A program made the position numbers and the translations under genes. DNA of 63,928 nt, filler included, from Octopus bimaculoides (lineage: Eukaryota): assembly GCF_001194135.2 (NCBI RefSeq). It is 5 parts of 5 records of this genome, joined end to end, with 100 filler letters (N's around TTAATTAATTAA, not from the genome) between each part and the next. Parts side by side here need not be neighbours in the genome. Positions count along the whole stretch, not along the records: positions 58,636 to 63,928 come from NC_068985.1; 4 more parts are not named here. One strand, given 5' to 3'. Positions 63,386-63,928 of the stretch are shown piece by piece (the stretch's first letter is position 1; each line of letters begins with the position of its first letter). The notes beneath the pieces were generated by a model. It ran no database searches. It was not told the DNA's origin and saw only the letters and a program-made list of their open reading frames with translations.

Positions 63386-63879
63386 AAATTGAGACATACA
63401 TCACCACGCTTGAATGAAACGTACAAGATGGAATGTAAAACAAATTTTAAACTCGTACTAGGGTCGCTTTGTTTGAATAAAACATCTTCCAACACGTTGC
63501 ACCCCAACACATCTGCAGTTCATTGACCAAAACAAGTAGAAGACAAAGAAGCGTAGAAGAGAATAACAGTAAATCTATGGATTGTTCAGCAGATTGATGA
63601 TATCCTTTCACGTTCATTCATTATCGTATCACTGTTAAAAATAACCTGTCAAACACGAATTTCTATACTGTGTTATAATGAACCTGCATTGCAATGTTTC
63701 ATTTAGCGCTGTAATTTATAGTAACATTTCTAGACAGCTAACCGATTACTGTGTATGTATATAAGCAGCTTGAATGCGCGCATGTGCGTTTGCATATACT
63801 TGCGATCATGATATATAGAATAATATATCTATGTTCTGTATTATATGTATACAATTGTACACATAACTTGTGTGTGTGT

Positions 63880-63928
<49 letters not shown>

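Noticed and set aside
1-63928. Most ORF-track entries (CVCV, HTHT, YIYI, ERER, poly-X)
   Set aside because: They are translations of microsatellites or N-gaps, not genes.

Overview
AT-rich, microsatellite-dense eukaryotic DNA, most likely octopus or another cephalopod (inferred from the tRNA-derived SINE families and repeat landscape). It contains N-gaps and four artificial 100-bp scaffold spacers (44N-TTAATTAATTAA-44N). The only host gene I can support is the 3' part of a LAP-family (Erbin/densin-180/LRRC7-like) scaffold gene on the + strand. Ten coding exons between 19028 and 35052 have GT-AG boundaries with fully consistent phases and total 2769 nt (922 aa + stop). They encode the LAP-specific domain, a long disordered region and a single C-terminal PDZ domain. 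The N-terminal LRR exons are not visible; the model breaks off at the spacer at 18309-18408. The rest is transposon debris: several SINE families, Tx1/L1-like, RTE and Penelope-like retroelement fragments, a mariner transposase pseudogene, and Tigger-, hAT- and mariner-type MITEs. The most interesting signals are: (i) five minimal type-I hammerhead-ribozyme-like motifs in Penelope-type remnants, one in a Penelope fragment with inverted termini; (ii) a LINE-derived triple C2H2 zinc-finger ORF whose first finger and start codons come from a microsatellite downstream of a Pol III SINE head; (iii) a ~155-bp intronic satellite with a fixed-spacing GGTCA-N10-TGACC motif; (iv) inverted SINE pairs next to exons (candidate ADAR substrates). 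Exon, MITE and hammerhead coordinates were counted by hand; SINE boundaries are approximate. No database searches were run.
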